Source: Octopus bimaculoides (taxonomy: Eukaryota). From it: a stretch of 64,000 nucleotides of DNA. Of the stretch, positions 25,381 through 38,265 are shown in pieces. The notes below the pieces were generated by a model. That model had not been told where the DNA came from and made no database searches. It saw only the letters and a program-made list of their open reading frames with translations. Where the stretch lies: positions 19,602,771-19,666,770 of the forward strand of contig NC_068988.1 of assembly GCF_001194135.2 (NCBI RefSeq). The letters are read 5' to 3'. A program made the translations under genes and the position numbers. Each line of letters opens with the position of its first letter. Within the stretch, counting starts at the first letter, position 1.

Positions 25381-25768
25381 TGTGGAGGTGCAATGGCCCA
25401 GTGGTTAGGGCAGCGGACTCGCGGTCATGGGATCGCGGTTTCGATTCCCAGACCGGGCGTTGGGAGTGTTTATTGAGTGAAAACACCTAAAGTTCCACGA
25501 GGCTCCGGCAGGGGATGGTGGCGTACCCTGCTGTACTCTTTCACCACAAATTTCTCTCACTCTTGCTTCCTGTTTTTCTTGTGCCTGTAATTCAAAGGGT
25601 CAGCCTTGTCACACTGTGTCACGCTGAATATCCCCGAAAACCACGTTAAGAGTACACGTGTCTGTGGAGTTCTCAGTCACTTGCACGTTAATTTCACAAG
25701 CAGGCTGTTCTGTTGATCGGATCAACTGGAACCCTCGACGTCGTAAGCGACGGAGTGCCAACACACAC
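25381..25768 (+). mobile_element. SINE-C, full length, tRNA-derived (possibly the octopus OR-type, tRNA-Arg-related family)
   Basis: A-box TGGCCCAGTGG, B-box GGTTTCGATTCC, tail GGAGTGCCAAC(AC)n. An 11-bp TSD ATAGTATATGT lies at 25370-25380 and 25769-25779. The family name is from recall. Confidence 0.9.
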
Positions 25769-26936
25769 ATAGTATATGTCTCTTGCTTCACGATTTCAGT
25801 ATTTGTTTTCAAATCCTTCTGTTTAGAAACTGCACCACCTGCCGGAATAAATAATGTATATATACCATTAATCATCTTAAATTTATTGAATAGATTACAT
25901 TCTATTCTCGTTTCAATAGAGCTTGTAGCAAAGCGCCAGGCGGCGAAACTCGCGAGGGAATGTGTTTTACTAACGTAGGCTTTGATTTTACTGACTGCTT
26001 CAGATCCCCATATAGGTGCTGACATAGATACATTCCCGGACTTCAGTTGTTGACCTTGAAACTCATTCAAGAGATAACGATCCTTCCTTGCCTCACTTAC
26101 AGACATGTATTTAAGTAGAAATACTTAAATAGAAGTGGACGACGAGTTTAAGGACACAATACACTAGCGGGTCATAGAATTGAACATACAATCTCATGAA
26201 CATTAGCCAAATACTGGTAACCTCTAAGCAGCATGCGTTCATATAGCGTTTTGCTGGCTAAGAAACAAATTATTTAGAATTCATTTGTATGCTAAAAGAC
26301 CAATTACCAAGCTGTAATTTGTTTTGCTTTGTATTCAGTTTTTAAAAGTATAAGTATCATAAGCGTAGACAAAAATGTTATAGGAAATAAAACGTTTCTA
26401 TATATCAACAACTATTCCTGTCTTAGTCAGGGTGTGTAACTGATAAGTCAATGAAATGTGTGTAAATATGAAACAGCACAATGGTAAGTGCATACAGTTT
26501 CGACAAATTCTTTGCTGTAACTATTCCATTTACCGAAAATACTGTGCTTTTCTGTAGAACACCACGGTTTGTAACCAGCCAGGCGATTTACAAGTATGCA
26601 ACGTTTTCTTGGTTTCAATAGGAGTTGTAATGCAAAACCGCTTCCACAAAAATATGCCGTCGTCAACATCCCTATCATCCCCCTTCTTCTCCTCATCCTC
26701 CTCATCCTCCTCCTCATCATCATCATCAGTATTATTATAATTAGTTGTAGCAGTAGTAGATGCAGAGGTGGCGATTAAGTTGTAAGCATTTCAAATTCTC
26801 CATTGCTTGACTGAAAATATTCATATTCTTCTTCATTCGCCTGAAGATATTTGGCATATTTCATCGAGATTAATTCCACTATGCCTTCTCTGATTATCGC
26901 TTAATTTAATTTATATTACTCTGACATAACACAGTT

Positions 26937-27012
<76 letters not shown>

Positions 27013-27593
27013 TCTAGCTTATGATATCTTAGTTTGATATTTTATTTTGAGTTTCTGTTAAAAGATAATCTAGCGATATTGAAATGATGAATTAATTAGT
27101 TGTACTGATCTCTCTCTCTCTTTCTCTCTCTCACTCTCTCTCTCTCTCTCAAATACACACAAACACGAAGCAAAAAATGCAAAACACAAACCTACACCTT
27201 CAAATACTCATAAGTATAGACACGGATCTTTTTTTAAATTAAAACTAAATATAAATAAAAAACACTAAATACATAATTTCCAAATATCTTCTACGGACGT
27301 CATACTGATTGTGGAACTGGTTTCATGCTGAATGTTTTATTTTCAATCATAGCTTTTTTTTTATTATTTAATACCCTTAAACCAGTGCTTATCTCACGTT
27401 ACTCCGTAATGTCTACCTAGATTTTTCATGGATGTTTTTCGAAATATTCATACTAACAATATCCATACTAACGCTTTGAACCTCTTGCAAAACGTGTCAT
27501 TTGACATTTTGTTATATTTCCGTACGATAAATAAAACAAGGAAAGCAATATTACTCTCTATATTTTATCAAAATGTTTCATTTGAAATCGGTT

Positions 27594-28234
27594 TACTCTT
27601 TTATTCTCTTGCTTGTTTCAGTCATTTGACTGCGGCCATGCTGGAGCAGCGCCTTTAGTCGAGCAAAACTACCCCAGGACTTATTCATTGTAAGCCTAGT
27701 ACTTATTCTATCGGTGTCTTTTGCGGAACCGCTAAGTTACAGGGACGTAAACACCCCAGCATCGGTTATCAAGCGATGTTGGCGGGGACAAACACAGACA
27801 CGGTGAGCTGGCAGAAACGTTAGCACGCCGGGCGAAATGCTTAGCGGTATTTCGTCTGCCGTTACGTTCTGATTTCAAATTCCGCCGAGGTAGACTTTGC
27901 CGTTCATCCTTTGAGGGTCGATTAAATAAGTACCAGTTACGCACTGGGGTCGATATAATCGACTTAATACGTTTGTCTGTCCTTGTTTGTCCCGTCTGTG
28001 TGTAGCCCCTTGTGGGTAGTAAAGAAATAACACACACACACACACACATATATATATACATATACATATATACAACGGGCTTCTTTCAGTTTCCGTCTAC
28101 CATATTCACTCACAAGGCTTTGGTCGGCCCGAGGCTATAGTAGAAGACACCTGCCCAAGGTGCCACGCAGTGGGACTTAATCCAGAACCATTTGGTTAGT
28201 AAGCAAGCTACTTAACACATAGCCACTCCTGCGC
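27594..28234 (-). mobile_element. SINE-A, full length, interrupted by a SINE-B insertion
   Basis: Both halves match 7247-7859. The middle (27802-28030) is a different family in the opposite orientation. Confidence 0.9.
27802..28030 (+). mobile_element. SINE-B (long-tail subfamily), nested; tRNA head plus Deu/Nin-like central domain
   Basis: GGTGAGCTGGCAGAAACGTTAGCACGCCGGGCGAAATGC head, ATTTCAAATTCC B-box-like motif, and TTTGCCGTTCATCCTTTGAGGGTCGATTAAATAAGTACCAG. The domain assignment is from recall. Confidence 0.9.
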
Positions 28235-28777
28235 TGGTTTATCTATTTCTTAAGATTTACCATTGGAAGTGCAACGTAAACTTTATTTTCGTTCCATGTT
28301 AGGTGTATCTCTGATATTGTGGTTGATATTAAATGTACCACGTTGTCAAAAAGGGAGGTAACTAGTGTGAACTACTGTGTTAACCATGAACTTAAGAATT
28401 GCCATCTCTCCTAAGATACATAAAGATAGAGCAAAGTGTTCGCAATGCAAATAGCAATAATGAAATTAAAAAAAACAGCACAGCATAATCTGTCACATTT
28501 AGAGCACATTTTAATTAATTACCGTTTCGTTATCATCTGTTTCTAACTGATACAGTGATCCATAAATAAGTTGAATTGGAGAAGCTTTGGCAACACAGTC
28601 GTTAAACTGCAGTAATAGAATATATTTTCTGTGTACAATCATTGACATGCACGCGCGCACATACACATAAAATGGTTGCTGGTTGCTGTAGACAAGGAGA
28701 AAATTGTAAACTAGAAATGTTAACAAATTCACAAGGAAAACAGAGAAAAAGTGTGAACAGCAGCAAACACAAAAGAA

Positions 28778-28923
<146 letters not shown>

Positions 28924-29551
28924 GATGCAAGCCTTACACACGTACAGATGAAGTTATGTACAAACTGTCTTGTTGATAATTCGTATGATGCAGTCAAAAC
29001 AGAAACAAGTTTCAACGGACGCAAATAGTCGTATGACTGCGCCATATAGATTATTATCGACCAGTCTGCTTCCACTGTAGTGGTCAAGCAACTTCTATAC
29101 TCAGTAAGTATTAATTTATGATAAGCAGAGAAAATGTAGGAGAAATTGCAATGCATACAAATGTATATTATTGGTTCCTACGTATGTTTCACCATTGTGG
29201 TGGTTTGAAATTCTGCATTATATGTTCTAAATGTAATTGGATGTATAACCACTACGAACCGTCAGGGAAGACTTTATTGTATTATGTTACAGACAACTAA
29301 TGCTAGACATTAGCGTTTATCATAATTTCTCCAACACACTGATGAGATCTTCGCCAGGCAAATTATTTTATTTGCTAATTAAAGTTCGAAACCTAGGTCT
29401 GGCTGTAAAAAAAACATGGTAAAAGTTTTTATTTTTCATTCCCTTCGGAATTGCTCTTAAATGTGGTTTTGGACGTTTTGACTGCTCTTTCTGGCATGTG
29501 AGGCGGCCTGTTAAGGATCACCTCTTTTTATGTTTAAATGTACACTAATTT

Positions 29552-29597
<46 letters not shown>

Positions 29598-29851
29598 CAG
29601 ATATTTATAAATTGTAATTAATCTTTAAAAGTGTAATTATAGAAAAAATACTGTTGAAAATACACAGAGAATAAATGAGAATTAGAATTTATTTAGGTTT
29701 TAAAAAATAGGTATACATTCTACCGGTTTCACATTAAAGTTTCAAAATTTCATAGTATAAGTAAAATATGCTTCACTGTGGTAGTTTAGTAACACTTAAG
29801 CGTGCCCGCTTCTTTCGTTTGATTAATTTCTGTTATTATTANNNNNNNNNN

Positions 29852-29900
<49 letters not shown>

Positions 29901-29907
29901 CCTTGTT

Positions 29908-29945
<38 letters not shown>

Positions 29946-31367
29946 ATTATTATTATTATTATCTATTTGAAGTCACCCCCATACATGAAAATTTAAGGTG
30001 AAACCAGTCAAGCGTATAGTATATGACCATATACGTAAACTCAAAATAAGAAAATGGTGGGAAAATCATATCTTTCAGTTGCATCCTTCATATTAACTAG
30101 AATTACTGAATTGTTGGCTTTCGTGGAAGGCAAGAAATGATTATTGTTACTGGTGCACAGCATGAACGAAGCAATTTTTTTACATATCAGCTGCAGCATT
30201 AAATACGATTTGCAATGAATTTCATCATGTTGGTATCTTTCTTGACATAAGTCAATTGTATTGAACAGCGGCTTATTCGGTATGTATTTCAGGCTAGCAA
30301 TCGAATGTGCTTATGCTGATATTACTGCATTTGTGCAAAATTGTTTAGATGCGGACAAAAGTTCAAGTGTTCCATTTTTAGCTAATAAACATCGCAAGTG
30401 AAATAAAATGATTTGTTACGAACTATTTCACCCATACACTAGCATACATATACACACATATTCGCATACACAGAAACATACTTCAGATGACAGTAGAGGG
30501 ATATTGAAGCTGTGACGTTCAGTTATATAAGAAGGTAATAATGATATAATATTCGAGTGAATCTATTACAAATTCGATCTTAACGGAGACACGAATGAAT
30601 ATAATCGTGTACTTATTTCTCTTCTTTAATTAACATTAGTTTCAATAGTTATATTTCATTGTAAGTTTGATACAAATTATATAATATCCAGACAATATCA
30701 TAGAAATTTGTGAGAATTGCTAGCTGGTTTGCAGTCAACTTAAGTCCACAAGTGGAGATTAGTTGTGGTATAGTGTTTCCAAATGTGTTGCAGGTATTTA
30801 TATAGATAGCAATATATTCTACAAGTAACAGCTCAAACATATTTATGCAAGCAGGTACAAATTCTCGAGCAAAATATGAATATCGTTACTAACCCACCCA
30901 CGAACAGTTCTTTACAAAGGTTTTGATATGTATATAGAATAAATGGATGATGAATTTCTTGTTTAAGAAGTTTAATGTAATTTTTTTATTAATTGCGTAC
31001 AGTTGCACTCTGAATTAAAATTCCATGGTGATTTCATCTTTTTTAGAATCAAAATTTTTTGAGACTTGAGAATTGGAGCTAATTGAATCGGTTATTACAA
31101 ATTCCATCATATTTGAAGTCATGCGCCACTTAAGAAACTGATTATTTCTTTATTCTTCATTTGGAAGTTGTAACTTTTTAATATCAGGCTTTCCACAAGA
31201 TTAGTGTGTGATATTCGATGCTGACAAGGCTAGTTATAGTCCTTTTTATTAAAGGGGATGGAGTGGAATCCATAGTTTTTCCATGGCATCTTTCAGTCTG
31301 TAGAAGTTGAAAAATTTGATGCTCAAATTAAATTACAGTAGATCGATACAGAGAAAGAGAAAGCAAG

Positions 31368-31418
31368 TGAGTGAGCGAGTGAGTAAGTGAGCGAGTGAGT
31401 GAGTGAGAGAGAGAGAGA

Positions 31419-31492
<74 letters not shown>
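31368..31492. repeat. (GAGT)n(GA)n microsatellite
   Basis: Directly visible. Confidence 0.95.
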
Positions 31493-31495
<3 letters not shown>

Positions 31496-33104
31496 TGTGT
31501 GTTTAATAATATGCAGGTTGCCGGGATATGTGAAGTAAATCCATCTTGGATTAATTTAAAATTATTCATCGACGCAGTTGAAAGATTTACAAGTTAGCAC
31601 TCATATTTTGAAACTTTAAATGTAATTTAATCTGACAAATTGAATTTCCTTGTGCACTGTATCCGGGGTACATTGTACGACGAAATGCATGATGTCTTTT
31701 TTTTTTATCCTTGCAGCTTTGTGATGTGGCTTAGAGGTTGATTAACATAATCAATATTATTCTAGTCCATGATTGACAGGCATATGTGATGAGAGGAGCA
31801 GACAACATGATATATTAATTTTTAGGTCGGCCTTGTGCTGAAATTTGAAAGTATTAATATTAGGGCTTATAGAAGGATAAATTGTCTTATTTTAGACATC
31901 TTAATAAAAACTCTAAGATAGCTTATTCATTAAATCATTGATATCGCCTTCCTGTCTTAAATGTTTATTAAGACGTCCATTGATATGCTAAAATTCTCTT
32001 GCCAGCATTTTCAAACTATCGATTTTTAAAAGATTCACTTGTGATTTTTATACCAAAGTTAATGTTGAACGTGGTTATGTTTGATTACAAACTGATGTAT
32101 TTTATTAATAATTAACATATTACATTGGTACCGTAGATAATCTAATTTTTATGTGTTTAATGATTTATCAATTTCAGTAATTTGTTCTTTTTTCATTAAT
32201 AAGTTAATGATATTTTGAATTTCAAATGACGAACTCACTATTTAAGTTAAGGAAAAATGTAATATTCATATTCATATAGTTACAAATTATTCCATTTGTA
32301 CTATATAATTTGTGAATAGCTTATGTTCTTAGGCTGTGATAGTGATTGTACTGTATACGTTGTGAGTTATTATTTTAGGCTTAGATTATTGTTTATAGGT
32401 TAATGTTTATACGAACATTTTGGTTAGTAGTGGTATTGAAAGCACCTCAAATTGCATAACTCAACATAACTTTGTATGTAGACTATCAATACAATTGAAA
32501 TGTTCACTGCGTACGTACGTACCTAGGATCTTTCAGTGGACCAAGGTTCACGTTTTTGCAATGCTTAATACCCAAAATATCAACAAAAGAATTGACCTGT
32601 AATAAAGCGTGATACACAGTCTATAGAGCTTTATTATTTAATTTATTTGTATCTGAGCAATGTAGTACGCAATAGAAGGAAATTAAGAAATGCAAAAATG
32701 TCTAAGTATTAAAGTGCAAATTCTTATTCTAAATCTATCCTTTTATCATTTCTTTTCCACAAGAGGAGTAGTTAAATTATCGTTGTGCCATTTCTTTCAG
32801 TTCTTACGTTGAAATTTCAAATAATGCCGCAGTCAACTTTGCTCTTGATCCCCACGACTGATCCCTTAAAAAAAGCTGATCCTGTGGCTAATTTTAAGAG
32901 ATTATTTCTGCTCGTGAGAAACAAAGTACACAGTTTGCATAACCCTGGTTATTACCTGCTGTTGACTACACATTTTATCTGCAGTCAATATATTAAAAAT
33001 CTAATAGCTTCATCACATCATACTTCCTCATTACATCATCAAATTTCTTCACGTAAAGAATGTTGGTCCTATTTGTAATAATCCTTTCAACTAGAGACAC
33101 AACA

Positions 33105-33290
33105 CATAAATTTCGTTGGGTGGGGGTTAGTCGATTACATCGACCCCCACACCTGACTGGTACATATTTTATCGTCCTCAGAAAGATAAAAGTCTAAATC
33201 GACACTAGCGCTATTTGAACTCAGAAGATAAAGTCAGAATACGTGCCGCAAAATTTTCTTCCCGGCTTGCTGGCAATTCTGCCAGCTCGC
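33105..33290 (-). mobile_element. SINE-B, diverged
   Basis: AGTCGATTACATCGACCCC...TTTGAACTCAGAA...TTCTGCCAGCTCGC is the reverse complement of the SINE-B consensus seen in this window. Confidence 0.75.
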
Positions 33291-33859
33291 AACCGATTTA
33301 TTTGTAATAATGGAACATCATAATATATATTCGTACTTTCTAACATGCATAAAAACTAGCATTTTTAGTGTGGCAATCCCTAACCAAAATTATCGACTAC
33401 ATCGTGTTTACACCAACATGATTTAACCATCAATTTACTTAAAGCTAATTAACCTTCCAGTCCTCTACATTGCTAAAGTAAAGGTCACTACTATATAACA
33501 GCCGAATAATTTATATATCTAACTAGTAAACATCTTAGTACTAAAATAGGCAGTATTCATTAAGGCATCTCAATACAAATGTAAGCAACTGATACTAAAA
33601 TCAATGCAGAATTATTTGAGTTTTCTTTATTTTTTTATTTTCCTATTTACAGAACAGCAATCTGTCTAATCTGAACAGGCAGCATGAAAAACATACATCT
33701 AACAAATTTATAAATGTTTTAACCCATTTGATGATTTATACATCAGCATGTCAGTAAGTACCGCGAAGATTAGGCTTCGCTGATGAGTTGAAGAAACGCG
33801 CTCTAAGTTGTTTCTAAGTTGTTGTGCACAGAATAATATCAATATATTATTAATGAATA

Positions 33860-34287
33860 AGGTCAGCAAATAGAATAGTTAGCACGCCGGACAAAACGCT
33901 TAATGGCGTTTAGTCCGTCTTTGCATTGTGGGATTTCGTCCGTTTTTAAGTTCAAATTCTTCCGAGTTTGACTTTGCTTTTCATCCTTTCGGGGTTGATA
34001 AAATAAGTACCAGTTGATCGATGTAATCGACATAGCATCTCCACCGAAAATACTGGCCTTGTGCTGAAATTTGAAACCAATATATTATCAATGAATACAA
34101 AGGTGGCTTGACGGCAAAACCCTTAGTACGCTGGACAAAGTAATAAGCGGCATTTCTTCCGTCACTTCGTCCTGAATTCAAATTCCACGGAATTCGACTT
34201 TGCCTTTCATCTTTACTCGACTTCTCCACTCCTCCCAAATTGTTGGAGTTGTGTTAAAATTTGAAACCAATATTTTATCAATGAATA
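33860..34287 (+). mobile_element. Two tandem diverged SINE-B copies
   Basis: Two heads (33860 and about 34102), two GACTTTGC(T/C)TTTCATC domains, each unit ending AAATTTGAAACCAATAT. Confidence 0.75.
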
Positions 34288-34391
34288 GTATTGTATTTTA
34301 TTTACGGTACACATTTTACTAACCTCCACAAGCTGTCCTTTGTGTTTATGATGTTAAAAGCATCTTAAGGAAATTTATTTTACATAACTAG

Positions 34392-34559
34392 GCGTAGGAG
34401 TGGCTGTGTGGTAAGTAGCTTGCTTACCAACAAACATGGTTCCGGATTCAGCCCCACTGTGTGGCACCTTGTGCAAGTGTCTTCTACTATAGCCTCGGGC
34501 TGACCAAAGCCTTGTGAGTGGATTTGGTAGACGAAAACTGAAAGAAGCCCGTCCTATAA

Positions 34560-34604
<45 letters not shown>

Positions 34605-34660
34605 TGTGGGTGTGTATGTTTGTGTGTTTGTGTTTGTCCCCCACCCCACCCCAACATTGC
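34392..34660 (+). mobile_element. SINE-A 5' half
   Basis: GGCGTAGGAGTGGCTGTGTGGTAAGTAGC...GGATTCAGCCCC...GAAAACTGAAAGAAGCCCGTC then (TA)n; truncated at a (GA)n tract. Confidence 0.9.
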
Positions 34661-34666
34661 TTGACA

Positions 34667-34710
<44 letters not shown>

Positions 34711-35376
34711 GAATATTTATACATTATCACCATGCTACTTTATAGTAAATAGTACCCCAGTTATGTATAGCAGACTTAATCCTTCACTCATTTCGACTCC
34801 ATGAGGCATATTAATTGACTTCATGGGAACCCAATTTGTTGCAAGTATACCAGGCAGATCTTTGGTTTGATAATCTGTTCGCCTTTACTTCTACAAGTGT
34901 CGAAGACCCAGTAAGATTTTCGCTGTCTTCGCTGAAAGATGAAACAGCGATAAATCTATTGACAGCTTAGAAAAATAAGTGTCAATATTTACAAGAATTA
35001 AAAGCACACAACTTAGTCACGTGATGCAGAAATTTACTTCCTTAAACCTCCTAGGTATTTGTAAACATCAACTATTTAAAAACTACTGTCAAAACATAAT
35101 AAAATCTAATACCAACGTAGGTCAAACCCGTATTGAGTGTAACCTCATTTATTAGACGTTGAAATAATGAGATCGTTCAATAGATAAGTTATAGATCTGG
35201 CTGCATCGTCTAAAGTTTAATGGATGCAATAAATGTCAATCAAATTGTTTATGAGAATAGAATGTTGGGGAAATGAGCCGACCTCAGGGCGACGAGTTCA
35301 AAAATCATGTCTGAATAGATCAATATAATATTCCAACTTCAAATTTTCAAGTTCGACGATAGTGAAAGTTGCAGAG

Positions 35377-35442
<66 letters not shown>

Positions 35443-35473
35443 AGAAAGAGAGAGAGAAAGAGAGAGAGAGAAA

Positions 35474-36240
35474 GATGTTATCAAAAGGTTCCCGGAATAG
35501 TTACGTTAAAATGTTAAATGAAAAAGATAGCTTATTTGCCCAAGTTTTAGCATAATCTCCTTCGAAATAGTCACCTTCCGCAACAATTCACCGGTCCCAC
35601 CATTCCCGCCACTTGTGTGATCCAGCCTCGAACTCGTTTAACGTACACCAGTCGAGATTCTTCTGCGATTCACTTTTGATCTTGAAAACGGTGTTAAGAC
35701 GGTGACCTTTGAACTACATTTTCCGCTTGAGGAAGAGATGGAAGTACGCAGGTATTAAATTCGGTGAATAGGGCTGGTGCTGAAGCGGTACCCTGTTGTT
35801 TTTTGGCGAAAAGCTCACGAGTGAGGAGAGCTAGATCACAGCATGCATTGTCGTCGTGAATAAACTAACTCTTCGTGCTCCAAAGTACCGATCGATGTTG
35901 CGAATGACTTTTCATAAACCCGTCAAACGTCCTTAATTAAAGTCCGACGATTCTCATGCACATGGTCATGAATTTTCTCCACATTTCTGGGGTTTACGCT
36001 CGTGACAGTTCTTCCAGATCACTCATCCTCTTTTAGATATGCTTTCCCGATTTTGAAGCGTCTGTGCCTCTTAAAATATTGCATACAGCCCATCACTTCT
36101 TGCCGAATCTTTCTCAATGTCTTTGTAGCAGACTTCCCAAGTTTAACGCAAAATTTCACGTTGGCTCTTTATTCCAGCTACCAGTCCATGACAAAATTGG
36201 CTGACTAGACGTGAGCACAAAAACATAAATTTTGCAACTT
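35474..36240 (-). mobile_element. Internally deleted mariner relic (second family)
   Basis: The minus strand encodes RANVKFCVKLGKSATKTL...RRFKIG...EDE*SGR...NVEKIH and QHQPYSPNLIPAYFHLFLK...KGHRL...SESQKNL...KWREWWDR...EGDYFEGD. TIR-like GTTATCAAAAGGTTCCCGGAAT is at the left end. Confidence 0.8.
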
Positions 36241-36282
36241 GCGAAGTAATTAACTAATTAATTAATTAATTAAGTAATTAAT

Positions 36283-36345
36283 AAAGGCGGTGCTCCAGCA
36301 TGGCCGCAGTCAAAGGACTGAAACAAATAAAAGAGTAAAAGAGTA
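36283..36345 (+). mobile_element. Stand-alone 3' terminal module of SINE-A
   Basis: AAAGGCGGTGCTCCAGCATGGCCGCAGTCAAAGGACTGAAACAAATAAAAGAGTAAAAGAGTA. Confidence 0.85.
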
Positions 36346-36374
36346 AGTAAGTATGTATGCGAACACTATTCAAT

Positions 36375-36540
36375 TTTTTTTCTCCGTGTTTTTCTCCTTG
36401 TCTCCGTATCCTTTCTGTTGAAGAGCGTAGCTCGAAACGTCAAAGACTTTCCGTATTCCCGAGCGTCATACTAATATATACTTTTGTTATTTACACCACC
36501 TGTCCTCGTCTGTTGTTATTTTTTGTATATTCTCCCCCCT
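36375..36540 (+). mobile_element. Penelope-like element terminal (pLTR) remnant
   Basis: Contains TGAAGAG...CGAAACGTC, typical of PLE termini, and has a second copy at 7595-7670. The end abuts a (TATG/TA)n tract. Confidence 0.55.
36411..36445 (+). ncRNA. Minimal type-I hammerhead ribozyme-like motif
   Basis: Helix I CTTT(36411-14)/AAAG(36442-45); core CTGTTGA; helix II GAGC-GTA-GCTC; GAAA; palindromic ACGT in place of helix III; putative GUC site at 36439-41. The core deviates from CUGANGA (U at position 6, one extra A). Confidence 0.45.
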
Positions 36541-36685
36541 ATGTATATATGTATGTATATATGTATGTATGAATGCAAGCATTTATGTATATATGTGTGT
36601 ATGCATGCATATATGTATGGTTGTATGTATCTGTGTGTGTTTGTATGCATATATGCATGTATACATATATACATACATACATATA

Positions 36686-36722
<37 letters not shown>

Positions 36723-37721
36723 GTATGTATGCATATGTGTATGTATATATTTTCCAATCGTATTTTTAAACATTATAGCTTCTGAATATACAGCATTTTA
36801 GAAATCGTTGCTTTACCAATAGTAACAAGAAGAAACATGTATGATATATTTGAAGAAACAACGTTTTGTGATCAAAACATTTTCCGTGAAATATTGTTCT
36901 GAATATCAGTACTGAGGATGTTATATGAGACAAAAATATATTTATGGACACCGATTTGAAGGATGATATATCTAACATAGGAATATTTTCTCACGTTTTC
37001 AATCCCAATACACTGCATGACAGAGTTGGTTGCATAGATCATTAATAAGTTTATATCTATGATGGACGTGGTAATCTATATTGCTCGCTTATACGAAAGG
37101 AAGTCCTTCACTTGGCTTCTAAGCAAACAGCATTAGCTGGTTTCTCTGGTGAACGGGTATAGGTGTCTAATAATTATGGGATATAAGAAACTGCGAATAG
37201 GAAATGTAACAGAATCATTCTGTCACGTGTTTCTAGCTCACATTTTCTAACTGGATTCTAACACACATGTGAAAGTAATGATATTCCGATGTCAGGCTTT
37301 TCACTCTGTTCAAGGGTTTATATACAATTTAAGTGAAGAAAGGAAAATGAAAGTATTTTAGTTCAAGGATGATGAATAAAGATGTAAATGATATGCATAC
37401 AAAAGCAACCTGAAACATTTCATTTTTGAGGATTCGATGTTGTCACATGGGTGGGAAATGCACGAAGTATCCTATTACGAAACCAAAAGTAATAGATTCT
37501 TGAAACTTATCATTGCAGACTTTCCACACCTCAAGCGACTGCTATAAGTGAGGAAAAACATAGCTAGTGAAAGTGATAATAGAATATTATATGACATTAT
37601 AAATACTTTGTTTCTAAAGGTAAGTTCTTAATTACTTTAAAATATCAGACATTACTCCGATCAGTTTTTGCTTAGTGGAACAGCAAAAGAAGATTTGCAT
37701 CAACATAGGAATCGGATTAAG

Positions 37722-38265
37722 TTGCAGTTGGCAGAATCATTAGCATACCGGGTTAAATGCTTCGCGACATTTCGTCTGTCGTTACGTTCTGAGTTCAAAT
37801 TCTGCCGAAGTCAATTGCACCTTTCGCGATTGATAAAATACGTTTCTGTGGAGGCGCAATGGCCCAGTGGTTACGGCAGCGGACTCGCGGTCATAGGATC
37901 GTGGTTTCGATTCCCAGACCGGGCGTTGGGTGTGTTTATTGTACTCTTCCACCACAACTTTCATTCACTCTTACTTCCTGTTTCTGTTGTACCTGTATGT
38001 CAAAGGGCCAGCCTTGTCACACTGTGTCACGCTGAATATCCCTGAAAACTAGGTTAAATGTACACGTGTCTTTGGAGTGCTCAGCCACCTGCACGTTAAT
38101 TTCACGAGCAGGCTGTTCCGTTGATCGGATCAACTGGAACCCTCGACGTCGTAAGCGACGGAGTGCCAACAATAACAACAACAAAATAAGTTTCAGTTGA
38201 ACACTGTGGTCGATCTATTCGACTTACTCACCTGCCTCGATCTTGCTGGCCTTGTGGCACTAATC
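37722..38265 (+). mobile_element. SINE-B interrupted by a SINE-C insertion
   Basis: Head and B-box at 37722-37846. The sequence resumes at 38183 with AAAATAAGTTTCAGTTGAACACTGTGGTCGATC...GCTGGCCTTGTG. Confidence 0.8.
37847..38182 (+). mobile_element. SINE-C with internal deletion and (AAC)n tail
   Basis: Head nearly identical to 25381. A 12-bp TSD AAAATA(C/A)GTTTC lies at 37835-37846 and 38183-38194. Confidence 0.9.

Noticed and set aside
25381-25460. tRNA-like sequence with A and B boxes (also at 37847, 38453 and 34392)
   Set aside because: These are SINE heads. They continue into shared non-tRNA bodies with TSDs and lack a proper acceptor stem and cloverleaf.
25609-26106. 165-aa minus-strand ORF
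   Set aside because: The last third is antisense SINE-C. About 115 open codons in unique DNA is within chance for six frames of 64 kb, and there is no motif or splice support.
26108-26131. 10-bp hairpin with a GAAA tetraloop (TATTTAAGTA-GAAA-TACTTAAATA)
   Set aside because: The stem is almost all A/T, and such hairpins are expected by chance at this composition.
38225-38240. Strong minus-strand donor CAG|GTGAGT
   Set aside because: It lies within the antisense of a SINE-B tail.
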